Assembly (NCBI GenBank): GCA_003971905.1
Contig: RSEE01000101.1
Location: forward strand, 186,001 to 224,969
Direction: 5' to 3'
DNA length: 38,969 nt
From: Moniliella sp. 'wahieum'
Taxonomy: Eukaryota
Of this stretch, positions 1-12,600 are shown piece after piece. The notes beneath the pieces are model-generated. The model searched no databases and was not told the DNA's origin. It was given only the letters and a program-made list of their open reading frames with translations. The first letter of the stretch is position 1. Every line of letters starts with the position of its first letter. The position numbers were made by a program, and so were the translations under genes.

Positions 1-2521
1 ATCCAGCACTCGATCCACTTGGGGTCGCAGAGGGTCCGACTCGGGGTAAAACAGCCCGGTGCGGAACAACCACTCGTACGCGCGTGTATCGGGCTGGAGG
101 CCGAACTGGGCATACACGTTCTCCTCGACCTTGGGACTGAACATGGCCGCATGCATCTTCCACAGTGCCTCCTCGGGCGCTCCGTGGGACATGATCACAC
201 GCAAGTACGTCGCCAGCACATCCGCGTCCACCTTCACTCCGATCCAAGTGTCCAGCCTACCGGATTGGGCCATTCTTCTCACATCCCGCTTTCCCAGCGC
301 CGAATCGAGGAGCGCACGAAAGAGCCCAGATACCTCTTGCAGCACACCAGCGCTCGTTTGCGGTAGCGTCTCACCCACCACCACATCGCCTCGTACCTCG
401 GTGCTAGCCTCACGCTGCGCCGTACGCTGGGCATCGGCCATACGGGCTGCGTGAGAACCGCCTTGCTCTGGCACGCTGTCTCGCTCCTCTTCTGTGTTAG
501 GCTTGGCGAGCATCAACCCGTGGGGTTGCTTTCCCTCCATTGGGATGGCAACGCCACGCGTTCCGCGTTCTGCCGATCGTGTCCATCCTCCCCGCCCTCG
601 ACGGGGACCTGCTCGAGGGGCAGAGCGGAAAGGGGACGAGTATTCAAGTCCTCCGCCTGGGCTACCGCTACCGCTTCCTCTTGCTCCTCCTCCTCCTCCG
701 ATAAACCCAGTTCCAACCGCCGGAGAGCTTCCCGCTCGCGCTCCATGGCCACCTGCCTTGCATCTTGCAGCAACGGTTGCAACGGAGGATGGTAGTGCGC
801 ATAACAGTGAAGCAGGAACGTCACCGTCTTGGCATCTGGCAGACGCGCCACGGCATCAACTAAATTTTGGTCGGGGGATCGGGCCGTAGACGCCATGGCG
901 GGATCGAGAAACTGATGGGCCACCCGAACCATCTCGTTTACCACCCACTTGCTTCGGGCCAGATCGCCCGTACCATCAAATGCTTCAAGGAGGTGGTTGA
1001 ACGTGGTACGGTCCGGGACCCATGACAGCCCCGTTTCTTTGATTGGATTGGTATCAACTAGGTGGCGGTACACTGCCAAGGCGTTCCGGCGATACCGCCG
1101 GTCCTTGGATAAAGCTCGGATTGTCGTATTGTAGGTGGGGAGCGATGGACGAAGGTGGTAGGTCCTCGTCATTTCGTAGAACAAACTCCATGCTCGTCGG
1201 GCTCCAGCACGGGCCGAGGTGGGAAGATGTTGCTCTGGGAACTTGCCCAGCGCACAGGCCAGGATCATCCGCGCGTACATGGGCTCGTCAGGGACCGCGT
1301 GGGCGACACGGCGCATTTGGTCGTAGAGCGACCAGGCTCGTTTTGTGCTGCGCACATCTTCCTTGGTCAACAATGTGACAATCACCGACGCATACGATCG
1401 CATCTCGGCCGGATGGGTATGTTCCAGCTGGGCTAACGTGGCGATTGCGCCGTCCAGATCACCCGACTTGATTTGCGCACGAACGAGCCAGTGCTTCATT
1501 GGCCCCGTCATCTCCACACCAGCTTCAAGGAAGGCGGGGGGAGGGAGGGAGGTCAGCATGCCAAGCAACTAGGAGCAGTGCCGGGCTGGGGGGAGGGGAC
1601 ACACTATTCACCACCTCACGGTACATTGCACGAAGGATATCGAGGGCGCCCTTGTTGGCAAGCAGACGTCCGAGTTCGTCGGCCAACGCTGTGCGGGCCG
1701 CAGTATATGTGCCAGCAGGGGAAGGGACTGGGGAAGGGGTGGGGATGCCCTGTGCGCCCATGTGAGGCGCCTGGGGCGAAGCGTGGGCTGTGTCCATCAT
1801 GTACGCCACCTGAACCAATGCGTTGATCCCGTCCGCATTGTTTTCCTCCAAAGCTAACACGGCCAACGCATGCAACTCGACGTCAGTAATGATATCGGAA
1901 ATTGGCACTAGTGCCTTGGCCCCGCGCTGGGCAGGCTCCGCTACCGTGTCCCGCAGACGGATGAGGAGAGATGATCACGTCGTTGGAGAGCGAGAGCGAG
2001 ACAGCAAAGTCGGATGGAGACGGTTCCGATGAGGGTTGTGGCCGGCCATCGGAGCGGGCCGTGGGGTTGGCGGGAACAGAGGGGTCTGGACTCGAGGGGT
2101 GGAGCAAGGCAGGCGACGACGGTGACACGGTCGGGGACCCGGGGAGGATGCGCTGTTGGAGGATGCGGATGTGGTGCTGCAGGGCAGGCACATGGGGTTG
2201 CGCGAAGAATGGCGCGGCTGGACGCGCGAGGGACGCGGGGGGGGCAGGCGGCTGGGCTAGGCGGGTGGCCAGGCTGTGGACGGCAGCAAGGGCGTTGTGG
2301 ACGCGGGGATCGCCGCGGGCGCGGCGGAGGAAGGCGGGGGAGCAGAGATGGCGCACATGGGCGGCCGCGGCGCGCGAGCGGAGGTGCTGGATGTGATCGT
2401 TGCGGGTGGTGGTGCTAGTGGTGGTAGTGCTAGTGGTGGTGGTGGTGGTGGTAGTGGCGGCGGGCGGCGGGCGGAGGCGGGCGAGGGCGGATGCGAGGGC
2501 GGCGGGGCCGGCGCGGAGCAT
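1..2521 (-). CDS. Pentatricopeptide-repeat (PPR) protein, probably mitochondrial; frameshifted, 3' end outside window
   Basis: ORF 513..1568 has PPR-like units (AWSLYDQMRRVAHAVPDEPMYARMILAC; AWSLFYEMTRTYHLRPSLPTYNTTIRAL; VPDRTTFNHLLEAFDGTGDLARSKWVVNEM). Coding-like sequence continues in other frames upstream (1525..1908, 1883..2521) and downstream (VDADVLATYLRV...LQPDTRAYEWLF). ATG at 2521 begins an Arg/Ala/Leu-rich, acid-free presequence-like N-terminus (MLRAGPAALASALARLR). Confidence 0.8.
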
Positions 2522-2628
2522 GGGCGGAGCGCACACGGGCATCCATTCCCAGCGGCCGGCCGTCCACTGCGTCGCACCGCTGCCGCCCGGCGGAATGTGC
2601 GTTCCGCCTGGGCCACACGTGCCGTGGC

Positions 2629-4149
2629 ATGGCTGCGCGCCCGCCGACTTGGCCACCACAGTTACTATTGCACCTCCCGCCGCCGCCTCCGCCCCCCCGC
2701 CCGCTCCCCGCCCGCCGCCCCCGTCGACGCCGGCCTGGTTGGGGTCCAGCATGCGTGCCCCGCTCGGCCGCCTGCGGCTGCGCCTCGCCCCCCCCCGCCG
2801 CATCGACGCGTCGGAAAGCTTCGAGGACCGCCTCGGGGGCCGACATGCTCGACCGGCTGCGCGTGTCCGGCCAGGCAGGCGACGCATACAGCGTCAGCCT
2901 CGCCGCCGCCCATAGCTCTCCGGCTCCGGCACGAACCGCAACCGCTACCGCGACGTGGTCCCCTTTGACCACTCCATCCCGCAGGCCAACGGCGCTGCCT
3001 CGGCCGACGACGCTGCTGCGTACATCAACGCCTCCCGCATCCCGCCCTTTGTCCCCTCTGTGCCCGCTGCCCCGCGCTCCGCCTCCGCCGCTCCTGCCGC
3101 CCCGCGCCAGTCGTTTGTCGCCACCCAGGCCCCACTGCCCAACAGCTTCCCTTGCTTTTTCCAGCACATCGTCGCCGACCGCGCGGTCCTCCTCGTCAAC
3201 CTCACCCTGCCGCGAGAATGGCGTGAACAAGGCGGACCGCTACTGGCCAACGCAGGTGGGCACCACTTTTTCCACCGACGACTGGCGCGTCACTCTGCTT
3301 GCTGAGACCAAGCCCGCGTGCGGCGACTGGGAAGTCACGCGCCGCCGGCTGCTGCTCTGCCAAGCAGGCACCCCGACCCACCACGAGCTCACGCAGCTCC
3401 ACTTCACCTCCTGGCCTGACCTGGGCTCGACCAGTGCCGAGCTGTACCAGCAGCTCTTGGTGCTCATTCAGAACGAAAACCGAGCCTTGAATGCACGTGG
3501 TGCATGCTTGTCCCCACTTCACCTCCTCGCCCATCTGGGTACACTGCTCGGCCGGGATTGGACGCACTGGCACGGTCATCGCCGGTCTGATGGCGCTCGA
3601 TCACTTGGACCATTGCCCCGCTCCTGCCGCCAGTCTCAGCAGCGCCGAACGCGAGCATCAAGCACAAGATTTGGCCTTGGATCTGATTCAGCATATGCGT
3701 GCGCATCGCCCAGGAATGGTTCAAGGTGTCGCCCAGGCCCGAATGATTGTCCACCTGATCGAGCGGTACAGCGAACAACTGGCCACCCAACCGGTTGCTG
3801 CGCCGCCGGCGCCTGCGCCCGCTTCCGCTTCAGCTCCGCCTCCGAGTACCTCGACTCGCACCACCGCTACCTCGGCCGGTGGTGCGGTGGCGGGCGCACC
3901 TTCGTACCCTCCCAGTTCGCGGCGACCGTCGCTCACAGCGGCTCACAACAACACTTCTACCCTCTCGCGCGGAGGCTCGCTTCCCAGGCGCCATTCCAGT
4001 TTGCGTCATGGCTCGTTCAAGGGTCGTCGTAGCTCCAGCGTGCGTCGCCCGTCCGCCCCTAGCTCCGAGGGGGAAGGCTCGCACTCGTTCATGGGAATAG
4101 CCCGCTCCTTGTCGCGCTCTCTCTCGTCGCGCCGCAACAGGCCGACTAA
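2629..4149 (+). CDS. Classical protein tyrosine phosphatase (PTP family); frameshifted, ends approximate
   Basis: All PTP motifs appear in order across frames: NRYRDVVPFD (~2939), YINAS, FVATQAPL, KADRYWP, QLHFTSWPDLG (WPD loop), VHCSAGIGRTG (P-loop, ~3540-3570) and MRAHRPGMVQ (Q loop). Confidence 0.92.
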
Positions 4150-4368
4150 TCAACGTTGGATCCCCCCCTCCCCCGCTTCTTCTCCTTGCTTGCCTTGTTT
4201 GCTTGCTGGTTTGCTTGCTGGATCGCGCCCCAACGACTCTTTTTCTCCTCTCTCTTTCCTCTTCTTGATTTTGCTTGCCGCTGTCTCACGCCCTCGCTCG
4301 TGTCTGTCTCCATCTCCTACTCTCCGGTCCTTTGCCTTGCCCTACATCTGCCCTTCTTCTCCTACCAC

Positions 4369-4392
4369 GATCCCGATCCCGATCCCGATCCC
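4369..4392. repeat. (GATCCC)4 microsatellite in pyrimidine-rich 3' region of the PTP gene
   Basis: Four perfect tandem copies read directly. Confidence 0.9.
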
Positions 4393-5325
4393 GTTTCGGT
4401 CTGGCCTAGTGCTCCACACGCCTCGGATCCCGACGGGCTCCTCGCTCTTTCCCGCTGTGCTGTACCTCTACCATGTATCCTCCCACTCGAACCCTGCATT
4501 CTCACGTGTCTTCTCCTCCCCATCAATGAACTTCATTTCCCGTTCCCCATTTGCTTCTGTTTCGCTTGGGGTCTTCGTACACCCCACAAGGGGCTTGGGA
4601 GCCTGGGGGCTTGTTCTTTCGTTTGGTTAGTACGATGATTGCCTCCCCTCCCCACTCTCCCTCTGCTCCTGCGTGCCCATTCACTCCTTTCGCTCTTGCC
4701 TTCCACCCCCTCGGCCAGCAGAGCTGCAGACTGGTAAAGAATATCCCTTGGCAAACAAATCGTGCTGCACACCGCAATACAGTCCCTTCCACCCCCTACT
4801 TCGGCTCCTTGTTGGTGTGGCTCTTCTCATTGCTTCCACCCACACTGGAGTGGTAGTACCGCTCCACGCGCTGAGCCGAGCCGGACAGGCGGGAGGATAT
4901 TGCAGCGAGAGCCAAAAACGTCCGAGTCCTCGCAGGATGCTTCACCTCCCCCCCTCCTTCCTCCGGTCTTGGGCATCCACGACATCTATTACAGCTGGGT
5001 ACGGGCGTTGAGGGTCGGTCGATAGCGAGAGCAAGTAGGGACTGTAGCGAAGCGCAACAGAGAGTCGATTGTCCCACGGACGGCCTAACTTAAAGCGGTT
5101 GGCGGTCGTCCGAGTGAGGGTGGATGCAGAACAAGAAGAGAAGGGAAACGGCGAACTGGGCTGCGTTGGGTTTGGTGTGCGGTTCGGTTACGGCAAGGAG
5201 GAGGAGGAGGAGGAAAAGGTGGGGTTGGAGGATGGGTCCTTGGTGGCACTGCCTTTCTCCCTCCCCACTTCCTCTACGGCACGGCCTCTATTTGGTTTCT
5301 CCAGCTGACGGACTTTATCCAATTC

Positions 5326-7310
5326 TTACCGCGTATCCCGCCGGTACTCCTCCAGTTTGTCGCCCACATCGCCGGTCCAGCGGTACCGAAACGCATCGGC
5401 CAAGAGGGTGCGGTGCGCAGCCAGCCATTCGGCCTGTTCTACGCCATGGCGCAACAGCCATCCGCGCGTAGGCGAGCATACTAGGCGTGGCATCAGTTCC
5501 TGAGCCAGACGACGCACCCTCTCCTCGTCTGTCTCTCCCGCACCTGGGACAGCGGCTAGTATCTCTTTGTCTGTTCTTCTTGCTCTGCAGCAGCACCCTC
5601 CTCTTCGTCCTCATCCTCATCAAGCACAAAATGTACCGCTGGCCGCTTGCTTTCGGCCTTGGACAGGGGCGGGCCAAAGAGATGGGTTTGGGCGAGCTGG
5701 TGCGCCGCATCCGTTTGCGCCACGTCAGCTGCGATCCCGGTGAGTTGGTAGGCGGTCAAAGGGTGGGCAAGGACAAGTGTATCGGAAGTGGAAATGTAAC
5801 TTAGTGCGAGGAACGCCAGCACCGCTGACAGACACAGTACCGCGGCCAGCACAAAGCAGCCCGGGCCAAGAGGAGGTTGATGTCCCCTGTGGCCTTGTCT
5901 GCGTCCGAGGGAGACGAGGCGAAGGTCAGACCGGCAAAGAGCGCGACCGGAGACAAGACGGCCGCGCCAAATGGCCAGCGACGTCCGGCCGAAGGCTGAC
6001 GTTCCAACTGGGTCGGTAGGGGGTGCAGCGCATGCACGACAGGATCAAGAAAGGAAAGAGGCGTGTGGGACAAGGTGGAACGCACTTGCAAGTCAAACCA
6101 TACAGGTAACGGAGCATACGACACTTGCACATACTCGCTCCGGCCCATCTGCGCCTCAGCATCGGCCTCAGCCTCGTCCTCGTCATGCCCGCTCCCTCGC
6201 CCGACGCTTCCAGCGCCGCTTCCTCGATCCAACTTCGGCCTCGGGCGAGCTGATGCGAATCGTCCAAGACGGCTTGTAGCTGGTCTCGCAGCTGATGCAA
6301 GTCCCACCCATACAGCACATGCTCCGCGCGGAGAATCTTGGCTGTCCGGGTGGGACTTTGGACAAACTGTTTCAACGCGCGCCGCAGTCCTGCAGTTACA
6401 TCGATAGGATCTTGCTCCGGTTCCGGTACGGCTTCTGCTTCGCGCGTCTCGCCACCCAACGTGCCCGAAGTGCCCGAACCACCTGGAGCCGTCTCATGCC
6501 GAACCATGGGTACCGCCGCCCACGGCGGACGGAGACCGCGCATGCTTTGCCGGTTCCAAGCTGCTCGGAGCGGACGGGGCGCACGAAGTGGGATGGGATC
6601 CCGATTGCGAGCTTGGCCTGCGGGCGCACGCGCTCGAATGGAAACACTCGCGTTGGGCGGCAACATACGAAGGCCGGCTCCTGGACGACGATCGTAGGTC
6701 AAGCCACTGTCACCTAAGAACACAGCGGCGCGGTAGCAAGGCACCAAGTCGTCCACGGCACATACTGTGCTCATTGGTGGTTTGTACGACCGCTCCACCG
6801 CGCCATCGGTCCATCGGTATGGCGCGGGCCAGGGCGAGCGGGTGAGGTGGGCGAGGCGGGCGAGGTGAGCGCGACAGCTCGGATTGCAGGACAGGCATCT
6901 GCACCTGCGGCAGGGGCAGGGTGAACGCGTACACTTCCGTCTCGGGCGACAAGGCCTGGGTAACGTTCGCTGTGGTCGGCGGTCCAACGGCATGGGAAGC
7001 TCGCTCGCGGCCGGGTGGGAGCGGTGGACCGCAATGCGCAGACCAAAGTGCGGAGGCAGGATCGGGACCTCGGCCTGGACAAAGGCCAGCAGCTGGTCGG
7101 GATCGTTGACCCACGCCACATCCGACGACAACCACGCTGGTGCCTTCCGTGTCGAGCGTGGGGAAACGGTCGGGCAGAGCGCCGTCGAGTGAGGGCCGAG
7201 ACGGGTCGAGCGGCGGGCCAGCCTCCTCGCCGTCGGCGGCAAGGTCGGGCAGGGGGGGTATAGCCAGCAGTGGCGCGCGCGCGGCGGGAAAAAGGGGCGG
7301 GCGGGGGCAT
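5326..7310 (-). CDS. Uncharacterised fungal protein; frameshifted, start approximate
   Basis: Overlapping minus-strand ORFs (6710..7399, 5926..7374, 5801..6307, 5556..5852, 5326..5517) stitch into protein-like sequence such as LRRALKQFVQSPTRTAKILRAEHVLYGWDLHQLRDQLQAVL, YVQVSYAPLPVWFDLQVR and GVEQAEWLAAHRTLLADAFRYRWTG. It fills a 2 kb gap in a compact genome. Confidence 0.6.
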
Positions 7311-7752
7311 GTGCGGATGCGGCAGACGGGGTCGGAGGGCGAGGGGCAGGCGAGATGGCGGTGCACAGAGCCAAGAGCCGGAGGATGGTGGGGGAGCACG
7401 TCCGGGTGGCCGCGACGCCGTCGTTGCTCTGCGGAAGAAACGCACCGGCGGCCGGTCGGGCCTAGCGAGTGCTCCGAACCACCAGCTCCGACCCCCAGTT
7501 CCCCTGTTTATATTCTGCGCCGCAAGCCTTACGCCCCCCAGGTGCAATACGCATTACGTGAGCGAGACAGCCAGGGCACTCGCTGTTGGTAGGTGAGGCT
7601 CACCCCAAACAGGCCATGTTCCTCCATCCGCACATCCATTCGTTGCTATGTCTCTCCTCTTTGCCTTTTGGCGCCGCCACGACAAACGTTATCCCACGTC
7701 CCGCCCATGCTGGGGTAGCAAGAGTACATGGATTTCGGCAGCGGACATGGCA

Positions 7753-9243
7753 TCAGCTAAAGTAGTACATCTCGTTCGTCTTCTTGGCCTGGACCTCGAG
7801 AATGCCACCGTAAAAGTGCTCGTGGTTGAGTTCCTTGGCTCCCTCCCGCAGCGCAATCATGCCCGCCTCCACACACACCGCCTTCAGCTGCGCTCCATTG
7901 AACTCATCCGTGCTCCGCGCCAGCTCCTCGTAATTCACGTCGGGCCCAACAGCCATCTTGCGCGCATGGATGCGCAGAATGTGCGCTCGCGCCTCTTCGT
8001 TCGGCAACGGGAACTCGATTTTCCGATCGAGACGTCCAGACCGCAGCAACGCAGGGTCCAGAATGTCAATCCGATTCGTCGCTGCAATCACCTTGATTCG
8101 CTCGTCCGAACTGAACCCGTCCAATTGGTTCAGCAGCTCCAACATGGTCCGTTGCACCTCCCGGTCGCCCGACTTGTCCGAGTCAAACCGCTTGGTGCCA
8201 ATCGCATCAATCTCATCAATAAAGATGATCGCAGGCGACTTTTCCTTGGCCAGCTCAAACGCGTCCCGCACCAGCTTGGCCCCATCGCCAATAAACATCT
8301 GTACCAGCGAAGGGCCGGCCAACTTGAGGTAGCACGCATTGGTTTGGGCCGCACACGCACGTGCCAACAGCGTCTTGCCCGTTCCCGGCGGGCCGTACAT
8401 GAGCGCGCCCTTGGGCGGCTTGATGCCCAGGTTCTTGAACCGTTGCTCCTGCTGCATGGGCAGCACAATCGCTTCCACCAGCTCTTCAATCTGCTTGTCC
8501 AGACCTCCAATGTCCGTGTACTGCTCCGTCGGGCGCTCGTCCACCTCCATCGCTTTCACGCGCGAGTCAAATTCGGCGGGCAACTTGTCGAGGATGAGGT
8601 ACGAGTCCTTGTTGACGCCAATCAGGTCGCCTGGCCTCAACTGTTCCGGCGGGACGAGGCCAATGAGAGGGAGGAAGATGGTTTGACGAGTCGACGTTTT
8701 GATCACGGCGCATTTGCCCTTGCGCTGCGTGTCGAGGTTGGTCTGCGCACCGCCTTCTTGGTCGTCTTCGTCAACGTCGGGGTCAATGTCGAGGATCTGC
8801 AACCAAGCAAAAGGGACACGGTTAGTACGTTGGCACTGCGCCAAAGGCAAGCAGGGGGGGGGGGGCAAAGAACGTACCTCTACCACATTGCCCACGAGGT
8901 AGGGCAGAACCTTGTTCATTTGGATCTTGTCCGTGTTGTCCTTGATCTGCTCCTTCATCACCGTCTGCTCGTGGACCAAGCGCAGGTGGTCTGAGCGCAG
9001 CATCTTGACTTCGTTTTCAAGCATGCGGGTGAACATTTGGATATCGTCGGCGGAGGCCGCCATAATCTCTTCGGGAATGGCGGCACGGGCCTCGGCCTGC
9101 TGCTGGGCGTGCTGGCAGCCTGCTCGTCGGACACGGCGGGCGGGCCATGTCGACGTCGGCGTCGGCGTCGGCGGGGGCGGCCGCAGCAGCGGGGTGGCGG
9201 CTGGCGGGGTCTGCGGGAGCTGCTCGGACGGCGGCTGGGACAT
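7753..9243 (-). CDS. RPT5: 26S proteasome regulatory AAA-ATPase subunit 6A (Rpt5/PSMC3), one intron
   Basis: [69 protein letters not shown], Walker [26 protein letters not shown], Walker [26 protein letters not shown]. Confidence 0.97.
   Translation of the reverse strand: MSQPPSEQLPQTPPAATPLLRPPPPTPTPTSTWPARRVRRAGCQHAQQQAEARAAIPEEIMAASADDIQMFTRMLENEVKMLRSDHLRLVHEQTVMKEQIKDNTDKIQMNKVLPYLVGNVVEVRSLPPPPCLPLAQCQRTNRVPFAWLQILDIDPDVDEDDQEGGAQTNLDTQRKGKCAVIKTSTRQTIFLPLIGLVPPEQLRPGDLIGVNKDSYLILDKLPAEFDSRVKAMEVDERPTEQYTDIGGLDKQIEELVEAIVLPMQQEQRFKNLGIKPPKGALMYGPPGTGKTLLARACAAQTNACYLKLAGPSLVQMFIGDGAKLVRDAFELAKEKSPAIIFIDEIDAIGTKRFDSDKSGDREVQRTMLELLNQLDGFSSDERIKVIAATNRIDILDPALLRSGRLDRKIEFPLPNEEARAHILRIHARKMAVGPDVNYEELARSTDEFNGAQLKAVCVEAGMIALREGAKELNHEHFYGGILEVQAKKTNEMYYFS
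8797..8877 (-). other. Spliceosomal intron in RPT5 (81 nt)
   Basis: GAG|GTACGT donor, perfect TACTAAC branch point (plus 8821-8827) and CAG acceptor. Removal restores VGNVVE|ILDID. Confidence 0.92.
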
Positions 9244-9612
9244 GGTGGAGATGGGGGTGGGGATGGGGTGGGGGCACAAGCGGACGAATGCGCAAGGAGA
9301 AGCCAACGCGTCGTCAGCCTGTGGCCGCCGCCGGAGGCTGGCCGGGGGCGGAATGGGGCGGGGGCGGAACGGGTGGGCGGGTGGGAGTTCAAGTTGAACG
9401 TTCAGAATTCAGAGTGAAGGTTGCACGTGGCACGTGGAACGTGCGATGGCAATTTGAAACGGAAGCGGGCCGATCGATAAGCCAGGCGCACGTGACATGC
9501 GGTGGCTGATCGTGATTTCGATTGGGCTGCCTCGATTGCGGATCGCCCATCAGTAATAGTAAGTAGCAACCCACAGACCGCCTGCTCGCGTCCCCCCACC
9601 CGCGCCTCGGCC

Positions 9613-12600
9613 ATGCTGCGCTCGCTTGCCGGCACACTCGCCGCCGCCGCCGCCGCCGTCTCCCTCGCCCTCGCCTTCGCCGCGCCCCCGCCATCGCCAC
9701 CGCCACCGCCAGCCCCCTCTCCGCCCGCGCCTACGAGCTCGCCCCTGCCCTCCTCGCCCCGCGCCCGCCCGGCTGCCCCCAGTGCCCCGAGCCCACGTGC
9801 TTCAACTGCCTCCTGCCCGCCTTCAGCTGTGCCCAGTTTGGCGAGTGCAGCGCATTCGACGGCGCCTGCTCCTGCCCCACGGGCTTTGGCGGCGTAGACT
9901 GCCTCTCGCCGCTGTGCGGCAGCCCCGCCCGCGGCCTCCAGCGCTTCCCTCGCCCCGACGACCAGGCCCAGTGCGACTGCGACGACGACTGGGAGGGCCT
10001 CAACTGCAACCTGTGCGCGCAGATAATGCCTGTGCCAACATCCGTCTTGGCGGCGACCGGCTGGGCGAGGGCGAGAACGGGACGTGCTATACCGGCGGCC
10101 AGACCATCCGCCGCTCCTTCCAACAGTGCAACGTCAGCAACAAGAAGATCACCGAATTGCTCCCCGGCCGCCCGCCTCAAGTTACCTTTTCGTGCGACAA
10201 GGCCGATGAACAGTGCAACTTTCAGGTACGTCTCTCTGCTCCTCGTCTGTTTTAGCAACTACCCTTCCCCTTTGGATTCCCGACTGACCCATCCCCATCT
10301 GCGTCCCGATCTTGTCTCCCTCTGCCTAGTTCTGGATTGGCGGGAAAGAGTCCTTCTATTGCGGTCTGGATCAGTGCCAGGAACACACCAACCCCGCCAC
10401 CAACCTGACCGAGTATGAGTGCAAGACGGCCGAGTGCTCTTGCATTCCGGACCGGATGCTGTGTGGGGAGAATGGTTCGGTAGACATTGGCGAGTTCCTC
10501 ACTGAGGAGATCAAGGGACCGGCCAAGATGGCCTGCTCAACTGCGACCAACCCGGCTACCGGCTTGCCCGAGCGCAACTGCCGCTTCCTCGAACCTGCCA
10601 TGAACCAGCTCATCTCGTCCATTTTTGGCGACCCGGCCATCTTTCTCACTTGCGAATCCGGTGAGTGCGTGCACTACTCTGAGGTCCCCGGCTTCCAGGC
10701 CCCCGCCCCACCCAAGCGGAGTACCTTTTGGCTCATTTTCTCGGCCGGCGGCGCGATCCTGTTTGTTGCGTTCATCTCGGCCATTGTCTACTTCCTTGGA
10801 AGCGCAGATAAGTTTGATGCGGCCACTCCGGCTGGTGTACGGTTGCCCGCCGAGGAAAGTGCACGCCTGATGGCTGAACATGTCCCGACCACGATTCAAT
10901 TTCACAATATGGGCTACGACCTCGGCTCTCGCACCATCCTGGACGGCGTTCTGGCACGGTACGACCCGGCGAACTGTTGGCCATCATTGGCCAGTCTGGC
11001 TCGGGGAAGAGCACTGTGCTTGACCTTCTGGCACGACGGAACAAGCGTGGGTACCCACGCGGGCAAGTGCTTGTCAATGGCCGCAAAGTGTCCGACCACG
11101 AATTCAAGCATGTCACGGGGTATGTGGACCAAGAGGAAACGCTCATGCCCACGTTGACCGTGTATGAGACGGTTTTGTACTCGGCCATCCTTCGTCTGCC
11201 AAGGGACATGAGTCTCGACGCCAAAAAGTTCCGCACCCTCGAGACGCTCGAAGAGCTGGGCATCCTCGGGATCAAGGATTCCTTCATTGGTCACCCGGGT
11301 GCCCGAGGTATCTCGGGTGGGGAAAAGCGACGGGTCAGCATTGCTTGCGAATTGGTCACCTCGCCCAGCGTGTTGATGCTGGACGAGCCAACGTCGGGAT
11401 TGGACGGGTACAATGCGCTTCGGTGATCGAGTCGTTATCGTCGCTCGCCAAGACGTACAAGCGCACCGTGATCTTCACCATCATCACCTCGATCCAACAT
11501 TATCAACTTGTTTGACCAGCTCCTGTTGCTTGCCGCCGGTCGGACCGTGTACTCGGGCCCGTTCAACCAAGTCGTTGACTACTTTGCTTCGCTCGGCCAC
11601 CTCTGTCCCCGCGGGTTCAACGTGGCTGACTACCTGATCGACTTGACTGCCCTGAAAAACTCGGATGCAAGCCGGTTCGAATCGGTTTCGCCCACCGACG
11701 TGACTAGCTCCGACCCGCCCCGCCCAGCCTCGGATTCTGGCGCGGCCAGTCTGCGCACCCTTCCGCCCATTGCGGCGGAGGAGGCGCCCTCGCCGTTGCC
11801 CAACGCTTCCACGCTCAGCCTCATTTCCACTCGTCGCGCTGGCTGGATGGAGCGGGGTGCGGATCCAAGCGCCGTTGCCTGAACCTTTGGCGCAGCTGAT
11901 TGCCAATGGACCGCTTCCGATCTCAACCGTCAGCTGGCCGAAGCGTACGAGCAGACCGAGGCCGCCGCGGCCGGCGGGGACGTGGAAACCGCCCCTGGAT
12001 CGAGCTTTTCGTCCAACGAGCGGCTGACGGGGTACAAGAAGGCCTCCCTTTGGACGCAGTTTACCATTCTGAGTGGACGCGCATTTAAGAACCTGTACCG
12101 CAACCCGATGCTGATGCTGGCGCATTACATTATGGCAGGCATGCTCGCTGTGTTTTGCAGTGTGCTGTACCACGGCCTGACGCTTGACATTTCCGGCTTT
12201 CAGAACCGGCTGGGACTCTTTTTCTTTATTCTGGCCCTGCTGGGCTTCTCTACGCTCACGTCGCTCTCGCTGTTTGCGAGTGAACGTGCGCTGTACATCA
12301 AGGAACGCAGCAACGGGTACTATTCGCCCGTGACGTACTTTACGGCCAAGCTGCTGTTTGACATTCTGCCGCTGCGTGTCATTCCGCCCTTTATCCTGGG
12401 CAGCATTGTGTACCCGGTGGGGCTGATTGCAGAGTGGAGGCGTTCTGGAAGTTTGTGTTTGTGCTGGTACTGTTTAGCCTGGCAGCGAGCAGCTTGGTGC
12501 TGTTCATCTCGTTGTCAATCAAAGATGCGGCGGTGGCCAACCTGGTGGGCTCCTTGTCGATGCTCTTCTCGCTGCTGTTTGCGGGTCTGCTGATCAACCG

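Noticed and set aside
4150..4630. Hydrophobic, TM-like C-terminal extension of the PTP ORF
   Set aside because: The sequence is pyrimidine-rich and microsatellite-laden like a 3' UTR. Read-through probably reflects an indel near the TAA at 4147.
7648..8994. 448-aa plus-strand ORF antisense to RPT5
   Set aside because: Shadow ORF produced by GC-rich codon bias of the real gene; it has no recognisable motifs.
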